From positions 88,722,001 to 88,786,000 of the forward strand of contig NC_059434.1 in NCBI RefSeq assembly GCF_021028975.2: a stretch of DNA of 64,000 nucleotides. The letters are read 5' to 3'. The DNA comes from Sphaerodactylus townsendi (taxonomy: Eukaryota). The notes under the pieces were generated by a model that saw nothing but the letters and a program-made list of their open reading frames with translations, did no database searches and was not told where the DNA came from. Made by a program: the position numbers and the translations under genes. Shown one piece after another: positions 27,774-40,939 of the stretch. How positions within the stretch are numbered: position 1 is the stretch's first letter; every line of letters starts with the position of its first letter.

Positions 27774-30700
27774 TCACTGCTTGATTTGTCCACCGTCTCC
27801 TTCGCTGACGAAGCGCTTCCGTCCCCTAAGGGGGAAAAGGAGCGAAGTTAGGCAGGCCCAGGGAACCCCGACAGCAGAGCGACTTCAGGCACTGCCCCCT
27901 GCCCCCTCCGCCCCCCACAGAGCGCCCCGTCCCTCACGCGCCCCCAGTGCCCTAAACAGATTTACAATTTCTAAACAGGCAGTTCTAATCTATTGGGGGG
28001 GGGGGGGAAGACCCGAAAGTCTGTCCCCCAAGTGCTTGGACGGGCTCAGGACCCTCCTGGCCGGAGCCCCACGCCCTCCGCTGCCCGCCACTCTCCAAGG
28101 GGAGGGTAAGAGAGGCAACAGGGCGTACCGGGCAGGGCAGGCGTCCCTCAGCTGCTTGGTGATGACCCCCTCCTCAAAGCACAGGTCCACCAGGCGCTCC
28201 AGGATGCTGTGGGCCAGAGGGACGTCCAGGCTGATGTCTCCAAGTTCGCCATACACCCGCTGGAAGCCCTGCCGGAGGGGAGGGGAGGGGAGGGGAGGGA
28301 GCAGCGGTCAGCAGAGCCAGGAAGGGCTGCCCAAGACTGGGGCCGTCGGCTAGGAGGCAGGCCCCGCCCACAGGCCTCCACCGCAGGTCTCTCCTGTTGC
28401 GCTGGGACCTGCCTCGTGGGCTCCCTCGGCCGTAGCCTTTTGCCATCAGGCGTGTGTGTGGTCTGCTGCAGCAGCAGCCGCCGCCGCCCCCAGAGCTCCT
28501 ACCCTGTTCATCTGGTCCAGGGTCACCAGCCCCGTCTCCCAGAGCACCTTCAAGAGCTTCATCATCATGGCCACGGCCGTCTCGCCCGAGGACTCCAGCA
28601 CCATCACCACAGCCTGGCAGAGAAGCAGAGCCGGGAAGGGCTGTCAGCCATGGAGGCTGCTCCGCTGCAAGGCACAGCCGTGTGGGGCAAAGTGCTTGGG
28701 CTAGCGACCCCCGCCCGTCCTGTTGCCCGGCCAGGTGCCTGCGTACCTCATAGATGAGCTCGTGGTGGAAGTGGGGCACCTCAAGCTGGCGCAGGCAATG
28801 CTCAGCCTCTGACATGTCTCCTGAAAGCAGGTACTCCTGGAGCAGCAGGTTCATCTGCAGGTTGGGGAAGACAGCAGAGCTGAGCTGCCTCGAGAAGGGA
28901 ACATTCGGACAGGCAGAATGACAGAAATCCTGACACTTACTAAAGCTGGCAGTGCCTGGGACCCCAGATGACCCTCCAGCCCAGGTATTCAGGTCCGTCC
29001 CACCTGGCAGCCTTAATCCCTTTTGGACAAAAGACGAGCCGGTTTAGACCAGGCCCGACGCCTGGCCTGGAAGTTCAGATCGACCACCAGGCGGCCGACA
29101 CGGGCGGGATCCGGCTCGGACGCATGAAGGTGGACTTGACTGGGATGGGAGAAATCCGCTCGGTGGCTCAGGTCCCACTCCAGCCAGCACAAACATCTGG
29201 ACATTTGGGGTTTCCCCTTGTCTTCACTTTTCAGTCTTCCGTGGGAATAGGGCCGTGGGACGTTGGGTGGGGGGTTAAGGGCCCCTCCCCCTTCTTCAGG
29301 CTCCAAGGAACTGGCTACAGCTGAGTCACGTGGTGAGCTGGGTGAGTGCGCCTGTCTTGCTTTTCACTGGCGTCTCTGCGTTGCTGCTGCTGCTGGGGGC
29401 TTTTCTCGGCCTTTGTGATCTGCCCCTCCCTGCCGAATCCAACCACCCTCTCCTTTCTGATCTTCTCTTTTTTCACATTTAAGCTTTTTTAAAAGAAAAA
29501 ACCTACGTTTTGCTTCACTGAGTACATTGGGTGTCTCTGGAGCATTTCTCTTGATCTCTTTCCCATGTGACAGACGGCACAGCGGCCACTCGCTCGGTGT
29601 CATTTAGTTATTGCTCTAGCAATATTGCACTTGCATGGAGCCATCCCAGCAGGTCAGTCTAGGCCCGAGGGGCAGTGGCTCAGAGGATGCTTCGTGGGGC
29701 TGCGCAAGGCCAGGAGGGGCTGCTCAGTTTTCACTGGGGGACGTCACTTTGGGCCCCTGGAGCATTTTCTGGGCAGAGTGACGAGAGAGGCACTTTGGCC
29801 ACCTTTCTCTTGCTGAGCTCTGGGATTCGCAGTTGAGGCCTACCTGCAGCAGCATCCTGACTCGCTTCCAAACCCTGCTCAGACAGAGAGCCTCTCAACC
29901 CCCCCCCCCCACACTCCCAGGACAGAGGGCAGAGCCTCCTCAAGCATGCCCCCCAGCGGCCCCGTACCCCTCTCACCTCCTTAATCAGGTGCCTGACAGG
30001 TCTCTGGCCGCCCCCCACCCCCCACACGTTGTCCAAGCGGTTGACGTCTCGCTTGATCCGCAAGAGGACAGCAGCGCGATCCAGGGCAGCCCTGGGGGGG
30101 GGGGGGGGGGAGGAGGAAGGAAGGCCTTCAGAAGGGAGCTGAGGACGGCCGGGGGGGGGGGGACCCAGCCCACAGACTCTCCCGGGCCAGCTGGGTGGTC
30201 AGCCTAGGAGTTCGTGCCGCCCCCCTGCCTGCCTGGCCCCCACGACGGTCAGCAAGGCCAGCGCTCAGGCTGGCTCCCTCACCGAGCATGTTCACAGTCG
30301 ACACGCCCCTTGTAGCGTTCGAGGAAGTCGAGAGGCAGGGCGTGGTCGGCCACAGCCCGAGCGATGAACTGGCCCAGCATCTGCACAGACAGACGGACGG
30401 GGGTCAAAGGCTACGCGTCCACCCAGCTCCCTGCCCCCCCCCCGCATTCTCCTGGGCCACATCCTGACCTGGGGGGCCTCCGGCGTGTCCAGAATCAGAT
30501 CAGGGAGGTCCTGCAGCATGCCATCGAAGGCGGCGGCCACGTCCTCGGCGCTGAGCAGCTTCCCCACCAGGTCAGACAGCAGGCGCGACGTCAGCTCCCT
30601 GTGGCTGGCCTTCCCCTCCAGAGACAGCGCCACGGCCAGGGAGGGCACCGCTGCTTTGTGGCCCCCCAAGTTCAGGCCCCGGAGCAGCTCCTGCCAGACA

Positions 30701-32795
30701 CAAGACATTGGCCAAGGTCAGCAAGTGCCCCTGGACAGAGGGGTTCTTGGCCCCCCATGTCTGCTCCTTCCCAGCCGGGGGTCCCAGGGGAGCTTTCCAC
30801 TGACAGGGCAGCGTGGGGGGTTTGCCGCCCCCCAATATGGTACACCTGCCCCCCTCCCCCCCACTCTGCAAGTCTAAGTCAGCCCCTTCTGCTGTGCCAC
30901 AGACTCATGAAGGGGAGCACCGGCCCTTTCCCTGTCCTGCTAAGTGCTGGGAAATGCCTAAAGCCCGTGGGGTGAGATCTCGATGCCCTGACATGGGTCT
31001 GAGCCCCCACCAAGGTAGCTTGCCCGGTTAACCAGCCCTGCCAGCTAATGCCTGCCAGGAGCAGGACCAGGCTGTTGAGTAGCCCCCACCCCGGTGGGCT
31101 TCTGCACCAGGGGGCCGATCCTGGGGGTGTCTCTTATGATACCTGCAGGAATCTCTTATTTATGTAGTTCAGTTATTTTCACCCTGCCTACCTAAGGCAC
31201 GTGGCCAAAAGGGCAAGTTGCACGCCCCTCCCCACCACCAATCAGCCAGTATCTTTGCTCATTAATAAGCAACCCCCCCCCCCAAAAAAAAAACACAAAC
31301 AAACCTGGCCTCAAGCAAAGCCCACTCTTGGGTCAACGGAGTTCCCTGAGCAACTAAGAACGGCACCTTCTCTGCTGAGACAGCTGGCACCCAGGTCTCC
31401 TGAGCAGAGCAGATGCCGTCGTCAGAGGGAGCCGGCTGGGCCCCTCCTCTTGAGAGCCCCCCCTTGGGCAACCTCTGGGGAAGCCTGGCTGGAACCGGCC
31501 TGAGAATGGCTGCAGGAGGCAGCCCCCCCAGCCCCCGCCCCAGGAATCACTAGCAGCAGCAGCTGCTGAGCCCACCTGCCCCCCACCCAAAGGTCGCCAT
31601 TTTGCAGGAGACGCTGCGGTCCCCGATGCCCCCCCCCCCCACTCACCACAACCTCCAGGGGGTCTCCGTGCTCAAAGTACTCCAGCACCATGGGCTGCAC
31701 GTTCTTCTTCAGGTCCTCCTCTTCCAGCTCAGGCTCCACTGTGGCATACACGGTGTCGCCCTAAGGAGTGGGGGCAGAAGGCACTTGGGGGGAGGTTCTC
31801 TCCCCCCCCCCCCCCCCCGCCAGACCCTGTGCAGCACAAGCAGGAAGGGGGCATCCACAAGGCCGGGGCTGAGGCCTGCCGCCAGGGGTCGAAGACGGAC
31901 CACCCCGTCCCAGCTGCAGGCCAAGCGTCCTGGGGAGCGAAGGGTCCCGCCTCTTCGGCCTCCACTGGCCCCCTCCCCATTCTCTCTGCGCGCCGGGTCT
32001 TCAGCCTGGGCGCCCTCACCCAAGCCCCCCCCCCAAGCTGAGGACGGCCGGGGGGGGGGAACCAGCCCACAGACTCCTGCCCGCCCCCCCCCCCCAGACG
32101 CGCACCTGCGCCGCCTCGTCGTAGTTGGGGTCCCGCGCGTCGGGCTCCTGGTAGGCGTAGACCACTCCGGGCGCCCCCCAGACGCCTTTGCCGCCGGCGC
32201 CACCTGGGGAGAGGGGGGCACGTGTGGGTGGGTGGGGTCGGCGGGGGGGCTTCGTTGGGTTTGGGGTGGGTTGGAGGCGGTACCTTTCTTGGGCAGGCCG
32301 CGGCCTTTGCCCGCGCGGGAGCGGCGGTCGTGGCCCTTGCCCGGGGGGGGCGGGCTGCTGGGGTCGGGGCCGGGCTGGGCTCCCTCCGGGAGGACCTCGC
32401 GGGCCGCGGCGTCGCGGGAGGAGGTGCGTCGGAGGCGGCGCTTGGCCTTGGCCTTCAGGCGCGCCTCGTGCAGGGCCTTCTCCGGGGGGCTCCAGGCCCG
32501 GCCCCCCTCGCCGCCGCCGCCGCCGCCGTCCATCGGCTCCTCCTCGGCCAGCTCGTCACTCTCGCCGGCGGCCTGCGGGGGGCGGGCAGTAACGCTTAGT
32601 TCTCGCCGCGGCCCGAACTCCCCTCCCCCCACCCCCGGGGGGCGCTCTGCACATGCCCCGAGGCGGCACGCGGAGGACGGCCCAGGCCCGAGGCGGCGGC
32701 GGCGGCGGCGGCGCACAAAGACTTGCCGGCGGGAAGGGGCGGCGGGGGCCGCGCGGCAGCTCGGCGGAGCCTGCCGGGAGGGTCGAGGCGGACAT
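27774..32795 (-). CDS. Programmed cell death protein 4-like paralog (two MA3 domains), ~471 aa
   Basis: Exons 32795-32727 (putative, GC donor), 32572-32284, 32203-32106, 31760-31647, 30690-30469, 30380-30283, 30091-29977, 28854-28747, 28613-28503, 28268-28129, 27825-27774 join in frame. [68 protein letters not shown] (-) at 27160-27165. Confidence 0.95.
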
Positions 32796-33591
32796 GAGGA
32801 GCGCGGAGCAGGCGGCTGGGGCGCCCCGTCCAGCCTGCTGGGCCTGGCGGAGGAAGTGAGCTCAGGGGGCGGGGGCGGGGGCGGGGGCGGGGGCGGTGGC
32901 GGCGGGGCCGGGCGAGGCGTGCCGGGACTCGTAGTCTCCGCCGGTCTTGTCGCCTGCACGCCGAGAGCCCGCCCGCCCGCCCGCCCGCCCAGCCGCACCA
33001 CGGCCCCGTGAGGTGGGCTGCCTTGGCCGGCGGGGAACGGCGCGGGCGGGCGGGGGCGGTTTCCATCTGGGGGACTTCCTGCCCAGCGCGGCGCCTTCGC
33101 TTCCCCGGCCGGCCTCTGGTGCCCCGACTCGCCTGAGCCGTCCACGCCGGCCGAGTTGCCTGAGACTGCCCCCCCGGCCCCCCCCCCTTTTAGGGTCGTG
33201 TCCGTCGGGGGTCTGCAATCGCTACGCGCAATCAGACCCCCTCCCACGGGACGCCGAGTGTGCGCCCCCTGCCTCCTGGACCCCGGCGCCCTGGACGTGA
33301 AGGACTCTTTTCGGGGGTGGGGGGAGCTCTTCTCGGTCACTTTGGGCCCAGTAAGGGGGGGGGGGGGCTATTGGCCTGCTGCTTTAGAGGGCGAGCAGGC
33401 GGGCTGCGCTTCGGGAAACGTCAGCCTGAGATTTCGGCAGGAGAGTGGAGGCGGGGGGGGGGGCCGGGGGGGTCCATCCAGAGCCTCGAAGCAGAGTCGG
33501 CGCTCGTGCCGCGGGAAGGATCGGCCGGCTGCCCAGGCGGGAGTCTGCAGGCAGGATGGAGCGGATGGCCGTAGGAAGGCAGGCCCGTAGT

Positions 33592-33685
33592 CACCGGTGT
33601 CAAACTTGCGGCCCTCCATGATGCTGGCAGGGGATGATGGGAACTGTAGTCCATAACATCTGGAGGGCCGCGAGTTTGACACCTA
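33592..33685. mobile_element. Internally deleted hAT MITE
   Basis: ggtgtcaaact...agtttgacacct termini, same family as 8974-9108. Confidence 0.8.
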
Positions 33686-35434
33686 AATCCATGACAATTA
33701 CTGGGGCACCCAAACGAAGGCTGGATGGAAGCACGGCAGTCCTGGATCAGACCAGGGAGGGCCCATCTAGTCTGGCAGCCCCTCCTCCCCCAAAAGCTAG
33801 TTCCTCTGGAGGTCCAGTTCTTTCCCCCATCTTGCCTCCAGGGCCAGATATTCGGAGATTGACTACCCTGGAACATGGAGGCTCCCTTGTAGATGTGTCT
33901 TCCATACCTGTCTAATCTCCCTTTCAGCTGTCTCTGCCTGTGCCCCCCCCATGTCCCCAGGCAGCAAATCCCCCCTATTAATCACTAATGAGCATCCAGT
34001 GAAGTGGTGGTGGGGGGGGGAGAGGAGAGTCAGGAAAGATAAAAGGGAATTATTTTCCAGCACCTGGCTCCTCCCCCCTCCCCTCCCCAGGGATCCATCC
34101 AACTCGTGCTGCTGCTTTATGTGGTGGGTGGGTGGCCCTCAGTGGCAGGCGGCCCCTCCCACCCCTCCGGACCAGCCTCCAGGGGCAGTGTATGTCATGT
34201 TGCAGCCCACCCTGAGCCCCGCTGTGATTGGCTGGAGGAGTATAAATGGCCGCACCACAATTGGTGGCAACCCGGCAGGCAAATAAAGGGCCTGCTGGCA
34301 GTGGGCACGGCAGCCGGGGATCTGAGCCACCAGCCCAAAGAACGCCTGCGGGATGAGCCCTGGTGGGCCTCTTTGGGGCACGCAGGGGGGGGGCTTCCTG
34401 GCACACCCACACAGGTGCCCTTCCAGCAGTGCCCTCCCCACCAGTCTCTGCGGCTGCCAGACCATCTTCAGCCTGGCATCTCGCACGTCTGCATCAAGGC
34501 CGCAGCTGCCAGGCCGTTATCATTGCTGGAGGCCAAGGAGGCCTTCCTCCCTCGCTTGCCATGTAACTAGTCAACAGAGCTCTTATCTGCCTTCCTCCAG
34601 GTCCCAAAACAATGCCTCTGTCCCAAAACAATGCCTCTGTTCACACCAACCTTTATCATGCTGATATTATGGGAATGCGAGGGTGGGGGGACTATGGGAG
34701 GAGCCATGTTGTAGCTGACAGGTACATGCCAGGGGTCAGAGAGCCAAACTTCAGTTTCAGCCATCTGAACCTCGGCCTGACGCTCTTGAAACGTTCCCGA
34801 GTCTTTGCTGGCTGACTGGAGCACCAGACGCTTAGAGCAGCTTCCCCTCTGCTCTTGCCACTCAGATGGACAGAAAAAGCCAGAACGTGGCCATTTTCCA
34901 AAGTTTATTTAGAAATCGAAATGAGATTTTGGTGGCTGCAGAAAAGGGGGGGGGGCAGTTATTGCAAACGAGTTGGTTGTGACGCAGAGGTCTCTGCTAA
35001 AGACAACACACAGGCGCCTGCCCAGGACCACGTGGGACAGGGGCCTGAGGGCTGCACTGGGGGCCGCTCACTGAGGCACAGGCTTGCTTCTCGACCAGCA
35101 CCTTTCCTTTGCCGCTGCAGCAGCAGAGGCGGCCCAGTTGGCAGCCAGGCCTCTGAAGGGCTCCAGGACCCGCCCCGCAGCTGGGCCAGAGGAAGGGCAG
35201 CAGAACAGACCCTTCCCCACCAACCGCCAGAAGTGTCCAACGGGAGGGAAGGAGAGCCCTGAACCCAGCACGGCTTATCCCACCAGGCCTGGGACCGCTG
35301 CCAGCCCCTGCCACGGTGGCTCCGAGGGCAAGCAAGGCACGCCAGAGGGAGGAGGCCCCAGGGTGCGCCAGCTGCTCGCTCTGCAAAGGCACGGGGGTGT
35401 GTGTGTGTGTGTGTGTGTGTGCAGAGTCCGCCCT

Positions 35435-38400
35435 TCAGGGCTCTGCCGCTCTGCACATGCAGGGCAGGCCAGGCACTTTCCAGCGTCGGCCCCCGTGCAG
35501 CCGCAGCGCCAGCCATTCCTGCTGGTGGGGGCTGAGGTAGGTCTCCGGGCTGCAGCCGAGCAGGTCCCCCGGCTGGCTCTCCCCGGCAGCCCTGGAATGG
35601 GCAGGCAGCCCTTCCAAGCTCTCCAGACTGTTGAGGCTGCTGGGGACGCCGTCCTGCATGCGAGTGCCGTTGTAGGCGCCTAGGGGCAGAGACAGAAGTC
35701 AGCAGAAGGAGATGCGACAGGTGCTGCGAGGGCACACAAGAGCAGCAGAGCAGTGAGGTCGCTGCAGCTGCTGGGACCCAGGCCTTTCACCGAATCTCCT
35801 GCTCTGGGGCTGGCTGGGAAAGTTCTTCCACCTGCTCCAGGTGTGAGGTTGGGTGAATTCCGGGCCCCCTTTCATCCCCCCCCCCCCCCGGGGGGGGGGG
35901 CTTCCGCCCCTCCCAGCTCCCCGAGGCTGAGTCTGCCGCCGCCCGGCACCCTAAGAGAGCTGGAGCCCCCCTGGAGCCCTGCGGGGCACTCACAGCACTG
36001 GTGGAGGGCGTCCCAGGTCTGGCAGGGCAGGGAGGCCTTGCCGGGCTGCTGCAGGAGGCAGGTGACGGCGTTGTCCACCTGCTGGAAGACGCGGAGGGAG
36101 AGCAGCCGCTGCCTGGTCTCTGCAGGGAGCCCGGCCTCCTCGGACTGCAGCAGCTCCCTCACCAGCTCAAAGTCCTGCTTCAACTGAAGGGCGCCCTGCA
36201 GGCTGGGGAAAGAGGGCGGCCGGCCCCTTCAGCTGGTCCTGGCCGGAGACGCCGCCCCCCCCCCCACCAGGTAGCTGCGAAGCGGAGCAGCCGAGCCTCA
36301 CCTGAACCTGACCTTCTGAGTCAGGATGTGGTCCAGCCAGGCTTCCAGGAAGGCGGTGGTGACCTGGCTGAGGGTCGGCTCCTGGACCTCGCGGGGCAGC
36401 GGCTGGAGGCCCTGCAGGACTTGGCCCAGGACAGCCTGGGTGGCCGCGGAGGCGTACTCGCTGGGGGAGCAAGGCACGTCTGCGGGGGCAAGCAGCGCAG
36501 CTGGCACTCGGGGAGCCCAGGGGGAGGGGCGCCCACCAAGCCCTCGCCCCCCCGCACCAACCCCTGCGGCAAGAGTACCTGCTTGGCGGGCGAGGCGCCA
36601 GTGCTTGCCCAGGGGCATGGTTTGCCCAAAGATCTCCCCTGCCATGCGCCTGCACTCCGAGGAGAACAGCCTCAGGGCGTCCTGGGCGAAATCCTGGGGG
36701 AGCACGAGGGGCGTGAGTCTGGGGTCCCAGGCGGAGAATCCCAAAGGCACCATTGCCCAGGCACCCACTCTCCTGAACAGGCCAAGCCCCGAAGGCCCCC
36801 CTTCCCCGCAATATCAACCACGTGCCTCTCCTCCTCCCCCCCCACAACTCCAGGCTGAAAGGGTCAGGGAGAGGAAGGAGGCCAAGACAGGAAGAGCCGT
36901 GCGGAGGGCAGCCCATCCACCCCCTGCCCCATTCAGCCCCCTGCCGCTTGAGGGGCTGGCAGAAGTGCAGGCCAGGGCCTGGGCCTCCCCCCTGCCCCGC
37001 CCAGAGGGCTCACCTGTAGGCTGGCTGCCATAGAGTCGACCTGCTGGCACAGCTCTTGCTCCTGCTGGGAGACGAGGGGACCACCCTTCCCTTCCTCCCG
37101 GGAAGGGTCTGCGGTCGCCAGAGCCGCTAGCCTGCTCGCCTGTGTCTTCAGCAGCTGAGAAGAAGAGCAGGGGTCTCCTTAGGGGGTTGCCCCCCCCCCC
37201 CCCCCCCGGCCTGGACGAGGCTCGTGCCTGGGGCCACCGGCAAGGGAATATCCGATGGGGGTGAGGCTGCCTCCCCACCCTCTCCTCCCGTCAGGTCAGC
37301 GATGGGACCAAGGGGGTGGCGGCCATTCCACTTGCCTGCAAGTCTCCTTGGGTGACGAGCAGAAACGGGCTGAGGGAGCCGGCCGCCAAGTGCTGGGAGG
37401 CTTTGCCCAGGGCCCAGTAGCAGGAGGCCTGGCTGGCAGCGGCGGACAGGGACAGCAGGACCAAGCGGCAGCCTGCGGGCCCGAGGAGGCAGTGGCCGGC
37501 TGCAAGGGAGGAGACGCACCCGTCAGGGGCTGCTCGGCGGAGGGGCTGCAGCCGAGCAAGTGGGGGCTGGGAGACACTCACCGGTGCTCAGCGGGGACCA
37601 GGCATCCCAGCACTGCAGGGAGAAGGCCAAGGGCAAGGAAAGGCTGTGGAGCAGCTGAGCTGTGCGGCTGCACGACGCCTCCGTGGCCCGGGGTGGCACG
37701 GCCACACATTTATCAGTCAGGCTGGAGCCCAGCGCCCGGCAGAAGTCTGGTCCGGAGGAGAAGAATGTCTGGTGAGTTCCCTGCACGGGACTTCCCATGG
37801 GCTGCGTGCCAGGCCCACGGCTGGGCCTCCTCCTGCGCTGACCACACTGCCCCCCAGGCCAGAGCAGGCTCCCCCCCTCACCCGGTGGGCCCTTGGCTGG
37901 CCAGCACTGCAAGGGTCCAGCTGGGATCCGCTCTGACCTTGGTCCCAGTGCCTGAGGACTTCACGCAGCAGCAGCCGTAGAAACAGGCCCCTCAGCTCTT
38001 CCGTGCTCTCTCGGGGGACGCAGGCTGGAAGCAGAGGGGGGGGGGGGGAGAGAGCGCGCAGCGTCAGCCAGCCTCCAGCAGGGTTGTTGTCCGGGCCTCC
38101 AGGGCAGGAAGGTCTCCGCCTGCCTTTCCTGAAGGGTCGGTCCTTTCGAGCCTCCCCTCATCACCAGAGAGCCAACTCTCCTGCACAAGGATCCCACCCA
38201 CAGCCCACCAGAGGCCCAAGGGGTCTGTCGGCCACCCCAGAAAGGCCTTTGGACTCAGTTAACCCATTACTGGCCCTTTTCCTGGGGTCTGGCTGCAACC
38301 CTTTAGCACGGCTGCCCTCTGAAACGCCACGCTTGCAGTTGTGACTCTGCACTGTGCACCTGCAGACTGGGACCCTTGCAGAGTGTTCCTTGCTCTGCTA

Positions 38401-40418
38401 CTTTTGGGGGGGGGGTTGGGCGGGGGTGGATGCAGAATGGCCCGGCACGGGGGGGGGGGGGGCAGGAAAAGAAGAGGCAGAAAGGCCCAGAACCCCCCCT
38501 CCCCAGGCCCTCCTGGAGTCACTCCAGCCGGCCTCTGCAGCCAAGAGAGCCCTCGCTTGCTGTGAGAAATGGAAGCAAAGGTGCCCCAAATCCCACAGCA
38601 CCTGCCACACGTCTGGATGGGCACGGGAGTCTCACAGGGCCAGACGCCACCAGCACCCCTCATGCCTACCGTGGAACGGGGCGTGGCCAAGTTGCTGGCC
38701 CAGCGTGGCCACTGTCCTTCCCTGGAACTGTGCCATGGGCAAACGGACCTCCAGCTGGTGGGCTAGGGCAACGGCAGTGGCACTCCAGAGGAGGGGGCAG
38801 CATTGCGCGTACAGCCCCCCAGCAGCCTCCGAGTAGGAAGCGTCCAGCCAGTGCACGGTCTTCCAAGCAGGCAGGGAAGCGGAGTCAGACCCCCCCGGCC
38901 CATGAGACTCCTCCAGGCCCCCGGGGGGCCTTTCCTGGTTGGGCCTACGGAGGAGGTGGTGCCACAGGCTGCCAGTGGAGGCCACCAACTTCCCCAGGAT
39001 CCACAGCAGGTGCTCTTCCTCTACGTGGCACAGGGCTTGCAACTCTGCAGAGAGGCTGGGGGCGCCCTCGCCAGCCTGCGGGGCCGCTGCCAGGAGCCCT
39101 GGCTCAAGAAAGCCCTCCCAAGACGTCGCCGCTTCCCCGCTTCTGGCCCGCGCCTGCAGCCCGAGGAGCAGCTGGCAGAGCTTGCGGGCCGCCCGCTGGC
39201 CTCTCTCTGCCGCCAAGATGCCCAGAACTCTGTCCACGGGGAAGGCAGAGGCTCCTCTGGGCTCTCTTCGCAGACCTGAGCTGCATCCTGGCTCCGCCCA
39301 CAGTGGCTGCCGTGGCTGGTCTCTCAACACCTGGTTGTAGATTTCCAGCCCCTGGAAGAAATCGGAGAGCGGTGCCGCGGACAGGCAGGTGGTGTGAGCC
39401 AGGTGGCGCAGCAGGGCCTCTAGGCAGCGCTCTGAAAGGCAGAGGGCCTGCAGGGCCAGCAGAGAGAGGGCCTGCTTCATGCGCAGCACCACCTCGTGCC
39501 TCAGGAGAAGCAAGGGCCGCAGCCAAGGGTCACTGCGCATGTGCCGCTGCAGTGCATCCCAGTGAGCGGTGTGGGTGCGCAGCTGTTCACACAGTCCCCG
39601 CAGCAGCCGCCCCGAGTCGGCCTCCTGCCTACCGCTGGGCAGAAGCAGAGAACGCTCCGCAGTCCTCAGGCGGCGCACAAAGTCCGAGGCGGCCTTGAGT
39701 CGCCGGCTGTAGTGGCGGGCCAGGCGCAAGTTGTGGTGCTGCTGCAGCAGAGCATGCATGGTGGCACACCGGCGGGCTGCGCCGCTCCACACCGCGTGGT
39801 ACGAGAAGGCCGCCTGGGGCAGCTCTGGGCGCACATGGCCCTGGAACGTCTCGGTCCGCAGATCCTCTCGCACGCAAAGGCTGCGGCTGAGCCCCAGGAA
39901 GCTGCGTTCCACCTGGGCCAGGTGGGCCACGCCTCCTGTCGTCTCCTCCTCCTCGTCACTGTCTTCAGGGTCTTCGGTGGGACGCAGCGGCAGCAGGCGC
40001 CTCCAGTTGGGGTGAATGCAGTGGCGCAGCAGAGCTTCAGCGGTCTGCAAGGATTTCGCCAAAGTCGTCCGGGAGCTGGACCCTGCAGGGAGGCAGAAAG
40101 GGGGGGGGTTGGGGGGGACTCTGAGTCCCTTGTGCCGGCAGCTGCTCCCTGCCCTGGCTTTGGCGCACCTGGGGAAACATGGGAACTGCAGCCCCTGCCC
40201 CCTCAGGTCCGTTTCCCCAAATGGAAAGCAGACGGACCCTCCTCCTTTCCTTTGGGTGGGGAAGCAGGAATAATCCATGGCAGCCCCCCCCCCCCCCATG
40301 CGAGAAGCCCCTTACCTGGCTCGGCCTCCTCTCCCCAAGCCGGCGCCACCTTCCTGGGCCCTGCCAGCGCGCTGAGGGGTGGCAGAAGGGTATCCGCAGC
40401 TGGTGACTTGCGTGCCAT
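35435..40418 (-). CDS. CCDC142: Coiled-coil domain-containing protein 142, ~939 aa
   Basis: Exons 40418-40316, 40082-38670, 38024-37938, 37746-37582, 37499-37336 (GC donor), 37154-37014, 36693-36579, 36479-36302, 36202-35994, 35679-35435 join in frame. MPLGKHWR, PSEYA, AWLDHIL..RFSLQGALQLKQDF, QQEWLALR. Synteny; AATAAA (-) at 34904-34909. Confidence 0.92.
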
Positions 40419-40939
40419 GAAGAGGAGGAAGATGGCCTCGATCCCCTGGAAGACACGGGAGTCAGCCCAGTGCCTGCCCCCCCCTCGCAGGGAGCGCCCC
40501 TCCCCCCCCCTGCAGAAAGGCTTGAGCCTGCCTTGCCCTGCTCTTCTGCGGCCACAGGGGAGGGGCGGCGGGGGAGGGACAGAGTGCCTGCTTGCCCCGG
40601 GGGGGGGGCGCTCAGGTGAGCCCCGTCAGGGTCTAACGCCTGCTGCCCCCCGCCGCCCCCCCTCGCACCTCTCCCAGCGCCGGGCCAAGGGCCCCAAAGG
40701 CCGCCCCGCTCAGCCCGCCCGCCCGCCCGCCCGCCCGGGGGTCTCCGCCCCTGCAGATGCCGCAGATGGACGAGCGCGGCCTCCTCCCTCGGGCGCCCCT
40801 GGGACGCGCGCAGCGTCCACACGTGCATCGCTCACCCCCTACTGGGGAGGCACGGAAGAGGCGGGGCCTGAAGCCCGCCGTCGCCCTGGCAACAGGGGGG
40901 TCCGCGCCCGCTCGCCCTCCACGCGCCTCCCGCTCGCCG

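Noticed and set aside
29615-29645. miR-92-like sequence TATTGCACTTG as a miRNA gene
   Set aside because: Only 11 nt match and no plausible precursor hairpin.
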